IMG/VR virus record: IMGVR_UViG_3300035034_002688
Direction: 5' to 3' (one strand)
DNA: 64,000 nucleotides
From: an uncultured virus (IMG/VR IMGVR_UViG_3300035034_002688)
Taxonomy: Duplodnaviria > Heunggongvirae > Uroviricota > Caudoviricetes
In this document: one piece after another, positions 29,201 to 37,670 of the stretch
How positions within the stretch are numbered: position 1 is the stretch's first letter
Layout of the letters: each line of letters opens with the position of its first letter
Notes under the pieces: generated by a model
The model's database searches: none
Seen by the model: the letters and a program-made list of their open reading frames with translations, nothing else
Told to the model about the DNA's origin: nothing
Position numbers and translations under genes: made by a program

Positions 29201-29748
29201 TGGCAACCAACTTCACACAGCGTTCGATCCCTTCGGCCTTCTCGGGGCCAAGCGATGCCCGACGCCTTCCTGTGCTCTTTCAGGTGATCTCTCCGGACTT
29301 CTCCACGGCGCTGTTGCCCGAGGCGATGGTCCTTCACATCAACCCTACCTCGATGTCGTTGAGCTACTCCAAGGTCATTGAGCGGTTCCAGACACGCGGA
29401 GGCTTTCAGGAGCAGCACTTCGGTGAGCAGCTCACGGACATGTCCTGTGAGGTCTCTTCCGGAGCGTTCATCAACGTGGACACCGGCCTCGCGGTGTCGT
29501 CGCGTCAGGACACGATCGCCTACGAGAAGTTTCAACACCTCGTGGAGCTGTTCCAGAACAACGGCCTCGTCACCGACCAGAACGGGACCGCACAGTACCG
29601 AGGTCGCATCCGGATCACGTTTGACGGCGGGGTCTATGACGGGTCTTTCCGCTCCCTCACGATCAATGAGTCAGCCTCCAACCCGTTCATGTTCACCTGC
29701 GATTTCGCCTTCCGGGTGGAGCGTGAGGCTCAATCTCTCCTGATCTAA
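29200..29748 (+). CDS. Baseplate/tube-initiator-like protein (gp48/gp54-type)
   Basis: TGATG coupling to TMP; LHINPTSM...QTRGGF.EQHFGEQL...YDGSFRSLTINES..PF.F pattern. Confidence 0.6.
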   Translation: MATNFTQRSIPSAFSGPSDARRLPVLFQVISPDFSTALLPEAMVLHINPTSMSLSYSKVIERFQTRGGFQEQHFGEQLTDMSCEVSSGAFINVDTGLAVSSRQDTIAYEKFQHLVELFQNNGLVTDQNGTAQYRGRIRITFDGGVYDGSFRSLTINESASNPFMFTCDFAFRVEREAQSLLI

Positions 29749-29759
29749 GGAGGCGCACC

Positions 29760-30974
29760 ATGGCGTCTATTCTTGACGAGCTGGCAGTTCTTACAGGTCA
29801 GCAGGCTCTCAACGCTCAGGCGGACGAGGGCCTTGATCCCAGGACTCGTGATGCCCTTGACAGGAACGCTCAAGCGACGCTCTCTCGCTCCTGGCGCAAG
29901 ACGCGCTCGGTTCTTTCGGAGTACGCGAGCCTGATCTCAGGTCAAGGCTACGAGTTCAACGCCCTGTCGAGCCCGGTGGATGCGGTCGCGCACGCCAAGC
30001 CGGCCCTGCTCCCCCTCTTCATTCAGATCATCCCCCCGGACTACTACCCCACGGGCCAGACCCGTACGATCGAGATCTTCTCTCCACAGACCTCCGACAC
30101 GCAGCTCACGGGATTCGTGGAGCGTATCCGGCAGCGAGGCTTCTCAACGGACCCTCGCAACCCCGTGTTCACTGGTGGGGTAACCGAGGTGGATCGTATC
30201 GTATCCACGAGCCCCAACGTCAACCAGACGGTCCAGGTTCCCGAGCTGACGCCCGACGATCAGGTCTCCCAGGTGCGACGTACCAGGGACTTCCTGGCGA
30301 CCACACAGCAGCGATACCGCGACTTCCAGACGGGCTCCCGCACCGCAGCCCGTGATCTGGAGGAGCGTACGCAGCCGATCGTAGAGGACCGCGCCGAGAT
30401 TGAGGATACGCCGGGTAAAAATGCAGAGATTCGTCGCGCGCGCAAGGAGAACATCTCCTCGGACCTTGAGTCTTTGCGCCAGCAGGCCCTCAAGCTCCTC
30501 GCGTTGCCTCCGGTTCTCATGTACGTCAACCCCAACGCTCTCACCACCTCCAAGGAGTTCATCGTCTCGGATGGCAACCGTACGCGGGAAGGCTATACGG
30601 TCGAGTTCTGGGGAGAGCAGCAGAACAAGCTGAGCCTGAGTGGCGAGATCGGAGCCTTCTGGACGCACGGTACCAGCCCGTCCGGGCAGCCCACGGGTGG
30701 ACTCACTGTTCGTTACCGTAAGGGCTCCTTTGCCTACCAAAACTTCTTGAGCCTCATCCTCGCCTACCGCAACAACGGCTACCTCTACTCCCAGTCCGAG
30801 GTCACCCGGATTGCGTCGGTAGGCTCGGTCAACCTCTTCTACGACGGGACGCTCTACACGGGTTCCTTCGACACCCTTTCCATCAACCACAGCGAGGACA
30901 AGCCCTTCAGCCTCACGTACCAGATTGGATTTACCGTTCGATACACCCAGAAATTGGGGACCCTCACACGCTAA
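29760..30974 (+). CDS. Baseplate/tube-initiator-like paralogue (404 aa)
   Basis: C-terminal domain aligns by eye with 29200..29748 (YVNP...EFWGEQ...NNG...YTGSFDTLSINHSEDKPF). Confidence 0.6.
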   Translation: MASILDELAVLTGQQALNAQADEGLDPRTRDALDRNAQATLSRSWRKTRSVLSEYASLISGQGYEFNALSSPVDAVAHAKPALLPLFIQIIPPDYYPTGQTRTIEIFSPQTSDTQLTGFVERIRQRGFSTDPRNPVFTGGVTEVDRIVSTSPNVNQTVQVPELTPDDQVSQVRRTRDFLATTQQRYRDFQTGSRTAARDLEERTQPIVEDRAEIEDTPGKNAEIRRARKENISSDLESLRQQALKLLALPPVLMYVNPNALTTSKEFIVSDGNRTREGYTVEFWGEQQNKLSLSGEIGAFWTHGTSPSGQPTGGLTVRYRKGSFAYQNFLSLILAYRNNGYLYSQSEVTRIASVGSVNLFYDGTLYTGSFDTLSINHSEDKPFSLTYQIGFTVRYTQKLGTLTR

Positions 30975-30993
30975 CATGCCCGGAGAATACCCC

Positions 30994-31563
30994 ATGCCTC
31001 TATACATCCCTCAGGATCGTGAGTACGTACCCGGAGACGTAATTCTGGCTGTCTTCGCGGAGGTACATGACTCAACGGACATGGATGACGAGGAACGCGA
31101 AGAGATTTGCCCGTACGTGCGTCTCGTGCTTGGACGCGTCATTGGAGTCACCCTCGGCGTACTCAAAAGCTCCGGGGGGGACGATGGGATGGAGTTTCGG
31201 GCTTACGAATGCACCGAGCAGGCGATACACTACGTCTGGCCCCATTCGTACGGCGGAGAGCAGGTCGAGTTCTGTCCGCGAGGGTCCGAGTTCGAGAGCT
31301 ACGTCATGCACGAAGACATCCTTGGGTGCGTCCCACACTCGGACGCCCTCAAAAGCTCTTTCCAGGCGGAGCGCTACATGAGGCAGGTGGTCAAGGCGGA
31401 GCGCGACGCCCTCCAGGATTGGATGGCGTGGGTGCTGGAGGCGTATTCGGAATGGTGTCTGGGTTTCGCAGACGAGAGCTGGGATGGAGATGACGACCTG
31501 GACGAGGACTACTCGATTCAGGCCTTGTTGTCCCGTCAGCGCGCTGCTACCTTCGTTAGGTGA
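30994..31563 (+). CDS. Tandem paralogue family member 1
   Basis: GGAG RBS; N-terminal REYVPGDVIL. Confidence 0.6.
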   Translation: MPLYIPQDREYVPGDVILAVFAEVHDSTDMDDEEREEICPYVRLVLGRVIGVTLGVLKSSGGDDGMEFRAYECTEQAIHYVWPHSYGGEQVEFCPRGSEFESYVMHEDILGCVPHSDALKSSFQAERYMRQVVKAERDALQDWMAWVLEAYSEWCLGFADESWDGDDDLDEDYSIQALLSRQRAATFVR

Positions 31564-31594
31564 GACCCTCTGGCATTGCATTTTGAGAGGCCCC

Positions 31595-31990
31595 ATGTTC
31601 AGGCTCATGGATATCCAACACGCCTGCGAGGGTGATCCGTGCTTCATTTTCCGAGTGATACCTCCCGAGGCGGGTGATGTGTCGAGTACGTGGCGCGTAA
31701 GCATACATGCAGGCGTACGAAGGACGAGTCTCGACGCTGACTTCTTCTTGCTGGAGGTTTGTTGGTTCGGTACCGTCTCGCTCTATGCGGGTCAGTGTGG
31801 TCTCCCGTCGTTGCAGGGAGGGTCGCACAATCGGCACGTCTTCTCCCCTCAAAGGTCCTTGGTGACGACCCTTCGGGGAGAGGTCGACTTCGAGGACCCA
31901 CGCATCGTGCGGCTCTTGGTACGCCAAGCACTTGCCTCTTTGGAGGACTACTTTGGAGAGCAGCAGCTACGGCTGATGTCTGCTGACTGA
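31595..31990 (+). CDS. Tandem paralogue family member 2
   Basis: GAGAGG RBS; QHACEGDPCF; C-terminal FEDPRIVRLL. Confidence 0.6.
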   Translation: MFRLMDIQHACEGDPCFIFRVIPPEAGDVSSTWRVSIHAGVRRTSLDADFFLLEVCWFGTVSLYAGQCGLPSLQGGSHNRHVFSPQRSLVTTLRGEVDFEDPRIVRLLVRQALASLEDYFGEQQLRLMSAD

Positions 31991-32029
31991 GGAGAATTCA
32001 TGCCCGTGCTCCACGTTTGAAAGGAACCC

Positions 32030-32425
32030 ATGTCATTCTTCACCAACCGCGCCTCCCGTCTCCATACTGGAGACAGCTACGCAGACTATACGGTGGATTC
32101 AAACCAATTCTACGTGTATGTGTGCTTCTACGAGGCTCAAGCCTTTTATCCGTCCCACGATGAAAAAATCCCAGTGCGTTCGATGGTCCTCAAAGCTGCG
32201 TACACGTTCAACCTCGCCTCTGGCCTTATCATCTTCGAGAGGCTCAAGCCTGCGCTTGGGACGGTTCACTCCGACGCCAAGGTGATCGGATTTCACGAGG
32301 TTCTCGACTTCTCCAACGCACGCGTCCTACGCTCCGTGGCCAAGGAGATCTTCGCACATGTTTGGGAGGACTGCGTGACACAGGTGTGGGGGCAGACGAG
32401 CCAAAAAGCTCACGAGGACCTTTGA
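32030..32425 (+). CDS. Tandem paralogue family member 3
   Basis: AAGGA RBS; SRLHTGDSY; FSNARVLRSV. Confidence 0.6.
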   Translation: MSFFTNRASRLHTGDSYADYTVDSNQFYVYVCFYEAQAFYPSHDEKIPVRSMVLKAAYTFNLASGLIIFERLKPALGTVHSDAKVIGFHEVLDFSNARVLRSVAKEIFAHVWEDCVTQVWGQTSQKAHEDL

Positions 32426-32426
32426 G

Positions 32427-32846
32427 ATGCCCCTTTTTTACTCTCCAACGTCACATATTGAGCCGGGAAGCTGTGCCTTCGTGTGGCAGATCCATCCAGA
32501 CGTACCGGTCCTTCAGATCGAGTTTTTACGTCACCTGGAGTTCGATTCTCGGTGGCGCGATTACCGGTTCGAGGGCGGCCCCACCGTCCAGTACAACTTC
32601 TCTACCGGGGCGTACCGTTCGAGACCTCCCATTGAGAGGTTGGTGCGGTTTGCCTTCCTGGAGTACGTGTTTCGTCTCGGTGGAGACATGAACTTCAAGG
32701 ACACGTCTCGGACACGCTACCTCGCCAAGGGGATCGTCGCGGTCCTCGAAGAGCGCGTCCTCGATCTGGCTCTCCAGGCCGTCGGTCAGGAGAATTACGA
32801 TGGTCCCAATGTTCAATCGTGGGATGTCCACCCTGACCTGCTCTAA
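32427..32846 (+). CDS. Tandem paralogue family member 4
   Basis: SHIEPGSCAF; FKDTSRTRYL. Confidence 0.6.
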   Translation: MPLFYSPTSHIEPGSCAFVWQIHPDVPVLQIEFLRHLEFDSRWRDYRFEGGPTVQYNFSTGAYRSRPPIERLVRFAFLEYVFRLGGDMNFKDTSRTRYLAKGIVAVLEERVLDLALQAVGQENYDGPNVQSWDVHPDLL

Positions 32847-32855
32847 GGAGATCCT

Positions 32856-33299
32856 ATGATCCATTGTACGAACCCGGCCAACATCCGCGAAGGCGACCTG
32901 ATCCTCACCTACTACGTGCTGTCGGTCACGACGGAGAGGGTCGTGTATGTGGTCATGGACGTCCGACGTATCGAGCATGTAGGCTACGACTCTGATATGC
33001 GTGAGTGGTACTGGGAGGCGCAGCCCCTGTACAAGACGTGGGTGTACTTCAACACGGGGACCTGCTTTTCGCTGATAGGTAGACACTCCTCCATGGTCTA
33101 TCCAAGACCAGAAGAGCCTGTCCTTCTTGTTCGAGGGCGTCCTCTGCAAAGCCCACAGCGCATACGCAGCTTCTTCAAAGAGGTGTTCTGGAGCTTGAGA
33201 GACGACCTGATCCTGAAAGCTCACGACTGCATCACGCGAGAAAACTTCGAGGACGAAGACGGTGTAGATGACGGAGGGGTGGTGACACGATGCCTGTGA
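32856..33299 (+). CDS. Tandem paralogue family member 5
   Basis: AAGGAG RBS; ANIREGDLIL; LQSPQRIRSF. Confidence 0.65.
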   Translation: MIHCTNPANIREGDLILTYYVLSVTTERVVYVVMDVRRIEHVGYDSDMREWYWEAQPLYKTWVYFNTGTCFSLIGRHSSMVYPRPEEPVLLVRGRPLQSPQRIRSFFKEVFWSLRDDLILKAHDCITRENFEDEDGVDDGGVVTRCL

Positions 33300-33700
33300 T
33301 ACGAATGGTAGAAGCGTCTCGGGTCAAGACCGGGGATGTGATCCTGCTGGGGGTCTTCCCACCCACCCCGTGGGGAGCTTCGGTTTACGGTGTGGTATAT
33401 TTCTCAACGATAACTTCGTGGCTGAAAACGGGCCCGAGCTTTCGAGAGGGGCCAATGCGGTGGGGAGGTAGCCTGCTCCATGAAGCACGGCTGACCTTCT
33501 GGGCGCGTACCCTGGTGGTTCGGGATTTCAATCTGCCTCGCACAAAAGACTTTTGTGAGATTGACGAGAAGGTCCCAGTGCTCAACGGCGCTCTGCCCCG
33601 CTCTCGACGAGAGTTCGTAGAGGTCGGCCGAGCGGTCTACCCTCAGATGGAAGAGGACCTGATTCAAGCCGCCCGTCAATGCAAGTCTTGCAGCTCCTAG
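33290..33700 (+). CDS. Tandem paralogue family member 6
   Basis: SRVKTGDVIL; VLNGALP. Confidence 0.6.
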   Translation: MPVIRMVEASRVKTGDVILLGVFPPTPWGASVYGVVYFSTITSWLKTGPSFREGPMRWGGSLLHEARLTFWARTLVVRDFNLPRTKDFCEIDEKVPVLNGALPRSRREFVEVGRAVYPQMEEDLIQAARQCKSCSS

Positions 33701-33710
33701 AGGTAATCAC

Positions 33711-34109
33711 ATGCCCCTGCTTCGGATCACGAACACTTCACGCCTTCGCCAAGGAGACGTCATACCCGACGTCTGCCTTCGCGAGACACGAGAGCTGTCG
33801 ATTTCGGGCCCAGACCCTGAGCCCACGGTCGGAGTCCATGTCGCCTTCTGGGAGGTCGTGCGGCTCCTCCCGAATGCCGAAGGCCCCATGATCAAGTGGC
33901 TCGGCTCTTTCCTCTTTGATCTGCGAACGGGAGGCTGTGAGACGTTTGAGCTACCCCAGGAGCCCGTGGGACCTCTCCCTCCACAGCGATGCTACGTGGT
34001 CAACGGGAGCCTCCCCGCTGACCTGCGCCTGCGCCGTAAGATTGCCAACACCCTGTATGAATGTGAACAGGACCGCCTACGCTCTCAGGCATGGCAGTTC
34101 TTGGGGTAG
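33711..34109 (+). CDS. Tandem paralogue family member 7
   Basis: GAGG RBS; SRLRQGDVIP; VVNGSLP. Confidence 0.6.
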   Translation: MPLLRITNTSRLRQGDVIPDVCLRETRELSISGPDPEPTVGVHVAFWEVVRLLPNAEGPMIKWLGSFLFDLRTGGCETFELPQEPVGPLPPQRCYVVNGSLPADLRLRRKIANTLYECEQDRLRSQAWQFLG

Positions 34110-34110
34110 C

Positions 34111-35115
34111 TCAGAGTTGCTCCAGGGATTGCGTGTGGGGGTTGATTCCTGGATGAATGCTGGCGAACTTTGCGATGTTCTGCGAGGTCTCCAGGGCGTC
34201 GATCTCGCGGAGCTGACGGTTGCGGATGCGCAGGCCCTGGTAGAAGTCTCGCCACAGCAGATCCGCCCCGCCAGCCTTGTGCATCATGGCCTTGAGGTGT
34301 TCCATAACCTCGTCCGCACGACCGATCAGCTCCTGAGCCCGCTTTTGATTTGCCTTCAGGGTCGACAGGGAGACGTTAGTACCTTCTTGGTACACGCGGG
34401 CCTTCGTGGAGATTCCGGAATCCCGGAAGATAGACCACGTGTCGTAACTGCCCCCCAGATCGAGGTCGACGGCGCGGGGCTTTTGATGCTGCCACATCAA
34501 GAAGGTGATGCGGTTCTGCCCCGCGCCGTCGACCTCGATCTGGAAGTAGTCTCTCGCCCTGTTCCAGCGGTTTCCCAGGATATCATAGGGGTAGACCACC
34601 CCCGAGACTTCCCGACCTCCGCGAGAATGTCCCAGAAGGCCTCGTATTGCGATCAGGTGCTTCTCCAGGGCTGCGACGTGGCCCGACCCCTCTCCCAACT
34701 GCGTACGCGAGCCTCTACGGCTACGAGGACACTCCCAGAGGTCGGGCTTTGACACGGATCGTTTGATGATCGCTATCTGCCCCGGATCATACCGTCGCTC
34801 GATGAGCGAGGGCTTCTCGTACGACAACTTGACGGTAGCCCGGAGGACACATCGGGGTTGCTCCAGGTCGGGCAGAATCCGAACCTCACTCCATTCCCCC
34901 TCAAGATTGTACTGTATCACATGCTGGATGAGATGGACCGCCTTCATGTGGTCAGCGGGATAGGGCAAGATGCCTCCTCGCCTCGCACGAAGCTCCACCT
35001 CGACAGTGTGGGTCGCAGAGTATTCTCTCTTCATGGGGTCATGGTGTCGGATGTCTATGATAGCGGGTTGGCCCGTCGTATACACTCGCACCGTGGCGGG
35101 GCTCGTCAGCGGCAT
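34111..35115 (-). CDS. Hypothetical protein (334 aa), probable paralogue of 35465..36397
   Basis: GAGGAG RBS; REYSATHTVEVELR...VKLSYEKPS. Confidence 0.7.
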   Translation of the reverse strand: MPLTSPATVRVYTTGQPAIIDIRHHDPMKREYSATHTVEVELRARRGGILPYPADHMKAVHLIQHVIQYNLEGEWSEVRILPDLEQPRCVLRATVKLSYEKPSLIERRYDPGQIAIIKRSVSKPDLWECPRSRRGSRTQLGEGSGHVAALEKHLIAIRGLLGHSRGGREVSGVVYPYDILGNRWNRARDYFQIEVDGAGQNRITFLMWQHQKPRAVDLDLGGSYDTWSIFRDSGISTKARVYQEGTNVSLSTLKANQKRAQELIGRADEVMEHLKAMMHKAGGADLLWRDFYQGLRIRNRQLREIDALETSQNIAKFASIHPGINPHTQSLEQL

Positions 35116-35207
35116 GTCAGCACTCCTCTATCTGAATCTTACTGTATTCAATCTTAGGCGGTCAAAGGTACCTCGCACGGAGGGTCCCTGTCAACGCTCA
35201 AGCGGCT

Positions 35208-35381
35208 TCAGGAGAAGAGGTGGGCCCACTTCTCCTTGAACATCACCCCCGCCCATTCGTCTCCCATGCCCTGAAAGTCCTCCTGCGTTTTGCTCATGCC
35301 TACCAGGAACATCGCGCTCGCCTCCAGGGACTCCTCCGAGGCGCTCCTCGCCTCTCCCCAGTAATCTCTCCTCTTGACCAT
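35208..35381 (-). CDS. Small hypothetical protein (57 aa)
   Basis: GGAGG RBS; promoter at 35418-35446. Confidence 0.5.
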   Translation of the reverse strand: MVKRRDYWGEARSASEESLEASAMFLVGMSKTQEDFQGMGDEWAGVMFKEKWAHLFS

Positions 35382-35417
35382 GCCGAACCTCCAACGTATC
35401 AACCGTCACACAGTCAA

Positions 35418-35446
35418 CACGTACCACAAAGAAGGTGGCAGGTAAA
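35418..35446 (-). promoter_or_regulatory. Sigma70-like promoter (shared family)
   Basis: TTTACC-N17-TACGTG with TGTGG before the -10. Confidence 0.55.
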
Positions 35447-35464
35447 GAGGACTCTCAGGACGTC

Positions 35465-36397
35465 TCACTCGGTGGCGAGAGCGATCTGCATGCTTACGTG
35501 GTAGCGGAGGAGTCCGGTCAGCGTCTCAAAACCCCCGAAGCTGTGGGAGAGCTTGGAGAGGCGCTTGAGCTGAGCCACGACCTCTCTCAAGAGGGCTACG
35601 TACTCGGCCCTGCGGGCGGCATGAGCCGCCAGCTCATCGAGGGACGCTTGAGAGAGACTGGACATCGAGAGGTGGTAGTCGATGAAGCCTTGCGCGAAGG
35701 GCTTGAAGCTCTTGCGCATACCGAAGACGACCTCACTCTCGGTGTACGAGATCCTCGCCTCCAGTTCGATCGAGGTAGCGACCGCAGCGGTTCCCCTGAA
35801 ATCGTAGCGCAGCTCCAGCTTTCGAGTGTCGCTGTTCCGCCCCATCGACGGCGCGAAGATTGCCGCCATGGGGGAGAGGTCTTCGTAGATGTGTCCCCCA
35901 CGCGGCGGAGTGATGAAGTCACTACCCAGGTTCACCAGCTCCTGAGAGATGTGCTCGACTTCAGCGAGCGTAGCCTTCTCGGTCTCTCCTATGGTGGTGA
36001 CGATCTCGTCCATGGCCACTGAGATGCTCGCGGCCAACATGCTCGCTTGGTTGGTCTTGCCCTCTCCCTTGGGCAGCTCGGAGGGCTTGGCGTAGTGGAT
36101 CTTGACATGAAGATCCGCGTGTACCCCGCCATCGTCCTGTAGAAAGAGCTGGTTCACCTTCACCTCAAGAGGCCTCTCGGGGTGGGTGTTCTCGTGAGCA
36201 AAGTAACGCTCCCCCACCGCTTTGAGACACGCGACGGCCTCCGACACCAGACAGATGAACTGGTCGTCTTCGGGAACGCGCACCTGGACCTCGAAGCACA
36301 TGCGTATCGAGTAGTCACGAGCATGCGCATGTTTCGCGCGGAAGTTGGTGGTCGCAAATTCGGTTCGCTCGATCGTCGCGGTCGTCACGGTCGTCAC
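35465..36397 (-). CDS. Hypothetical protein (310 aa)
   Basis: CAGGAG RBS; RDYSIRMCFEVQVR...VKIHYAKPS. Confidence 0.7.
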   Translation of the reverse strand: MTTVTTATIERTEFATTNFRAKHAHARDYSIRMCFEVQVRVPEDDQFICLVSEAVACLKAVGERYFAHENTHPERPLEVKVNQLFLQDDGGVHADLHVKIHYAKPSELPKGEGKTNQASMLAASISVAMDEIVTTIGETEKATLAEVEHISQELVNLGSDFITPPRGGHIYEDLSPMAAIFAPSMGRNSDTRKLELRYDFRGTAAVATSIELEARISYTESEVVFGMRKSFKPFAQGFIDYHLSMSSLSQASLDELAAHAARRAEYVALLREVVAQLKRLSKLSHSFGGFETLTGLLRYHVSMQIALATE

Positions 36398-36432
36398 TCC
36401 TGTACGGGTGTGTCGTTTTGTCTTACATCCTC

Positions 36433-36461
36433 TATATACCCCAAGGAGGGGGGGCCGTCAA
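36433..36461 (-). promoter_or_regulatory. Sigma70-like promoter (shared family)
   Basis: TTGACG-N17-TATATA; promoter and 5' UTR closely similar to 60414-60476. Confidence 0.7.
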
Positions 36462-36496
36462 ATAAAGACTTCACCTGATGCCTCGGGAGAGAGGGC

Positions 36497-36636
36497 TTGA
36501 CACGTCCGGCCCGTTGAGGTTACCGTAATGAAGTCTGGAGCGGTGAGGAGCGGTGACGGTCTTTGTCACTGGACCCTGAAAGTCTTTGAAAACTGAATAC
36601 TTACGTGATTTCACCCATGTGACTTCTTGTCGCAGA
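36497..36636 (+). promoter_or_regulatory. Promoter and leader of CRISPR array 1
   Basis: TTGACA-N18-TACCGT (36497-36526), then a relatively AT-rich non-coding stretch up to the first repeat. Confidence 0.55.
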
Positions 36637-37283
36637 CCCCTCCCCGTGTACGCGGGGATGTCCCGTGCCTACCCTTGTCTACGAACGGGGCGCGGCCCCC
36701 CTCCCCGTGTACGCGGGGATGTCCCCCTTCGACGGTCACGACGACCATCGACACCAACCCCCTCCCCGTGTACGCGGGGATGTCCCCTACAACCTGGGCT
36801 CGGCTCGCTCCAGGCAAGCCCCCTCCCCGTGTACGCGGGGATGTCCCCACCCACATCACGACCTCGAAGGACTCGTTGGTCCCCTCCCCGTGTACGCGGG
36901 GATGTCCCCATGGCGTCTGTCATGGGCAACAGGATGGACTTCCCCTCCCCGTGTACGCGGGGATGTCCCCGGGTACGTGAGCGCCTTGGCGGAACCCTTC
37001 CCCGTGTACGCGGGGATGTTCCCCGTGTACGCGGGGATGTTCCCCATTACAGGGCGGCACACCCTAGGTTCATAACCCCTTCCCCGTACACGCGGGGATG
37101 TTCCCCAGACACCCCAGATCCACCTTGGCGTCCAGACCCCTTCCCCGTACACGCGGGGATGTTCCCCTCACACCGAACGAGCGAACGCCAATGTGCCCTT
37201 CCCCGTACACGCGGGGATGTTCCCACCATGCCTTTTTGGACATGCACTGATTGTCGCTTCCCCGTATACGCGGGGATGTTCCT
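36637..37283 (+). CRISPR. CRISPR array 1, type I-E-like, 12 repeat units and 10 spacers, no adjacent cas genes
   Basis: 29-nt repeats CCCCTCCCCGTGTACGCGGGGATGTCCCC at 36637, 36698, 36759, 36820, 36881, 36942 (61-bp period), then CCCTTCCCCGT(GT/AC)ACGCGGGGATGTTCCC at 36995, 37016 (overlapping), 37077, 37138, 37196 and degenerate 37255. Confidence 0.97.
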
Positions 37284-37335
37284 GTTCCTGTTCCGTCTCG
37301 TTCTCCTCTCTATTGCCGTGGCAAAGGAGCCTGAT

Positions 37336-37662
37336 ATGAAGATCATGACCTTGAGTGCAGAGTCGCTTCGCGAGTCCATGAGTCCGCGTGATTACTTCAG
37401 AGAGACCGGGTGCTTTACGGACACCAAAGACGCCCTGGATCAGGTGCTCAGGGGTGTGAGAGGGCTGACCTCGATGGCCGAAGCCTTCGAGCGTGAGACG
37501 CATCAAGAAGCTTGGCGGAGAGGCGACGCCGAACAGCACGTTTCTGCTTTGGTCGTGGAGTCTCAGCGTGTCTACACTGTCGCTCGATTGCTTCAGAGAA
37601 GCGTGAGGGCGACTCCCTTGCACTATGGCACCACGCTGCAAGAAGGCGCGCGCGAGGGATGA
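37336..37662 (+). CDS. Hypothetical helical protein (108 aa) downstream of array 1
   Basis: AAGGAG RBS, ATG 37336 (MKIMTLSAES...). Confidence 0.6.
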   Translation: MKIMTLSAESLRESMSPRDYFRETGCFTDTKDALDQVLRGVRGLTSMAEAFERETHQEAWRRGDAEQHVSALVVESQRVYTVARLLQRSVRATPLHYGTTLQEGAREG

Positions 37663-37670
37663 AGCCTCCT

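Noticed and set aside
36788..36819. Array-1 spacer 3 shares GGCTCGGCTCGCT with the tube gene end (about 15529-15541)
   Set aside because: 13-nt low-complexity match that does not cover the seed end; insufficient for self-targeting.
36586..37335. Track ORFs across array 1, including the 358-aa ORF
   Set aside because: Translations of CRISPR repeats; only the part from ATG 37336 has an RBS and plausible sequence.
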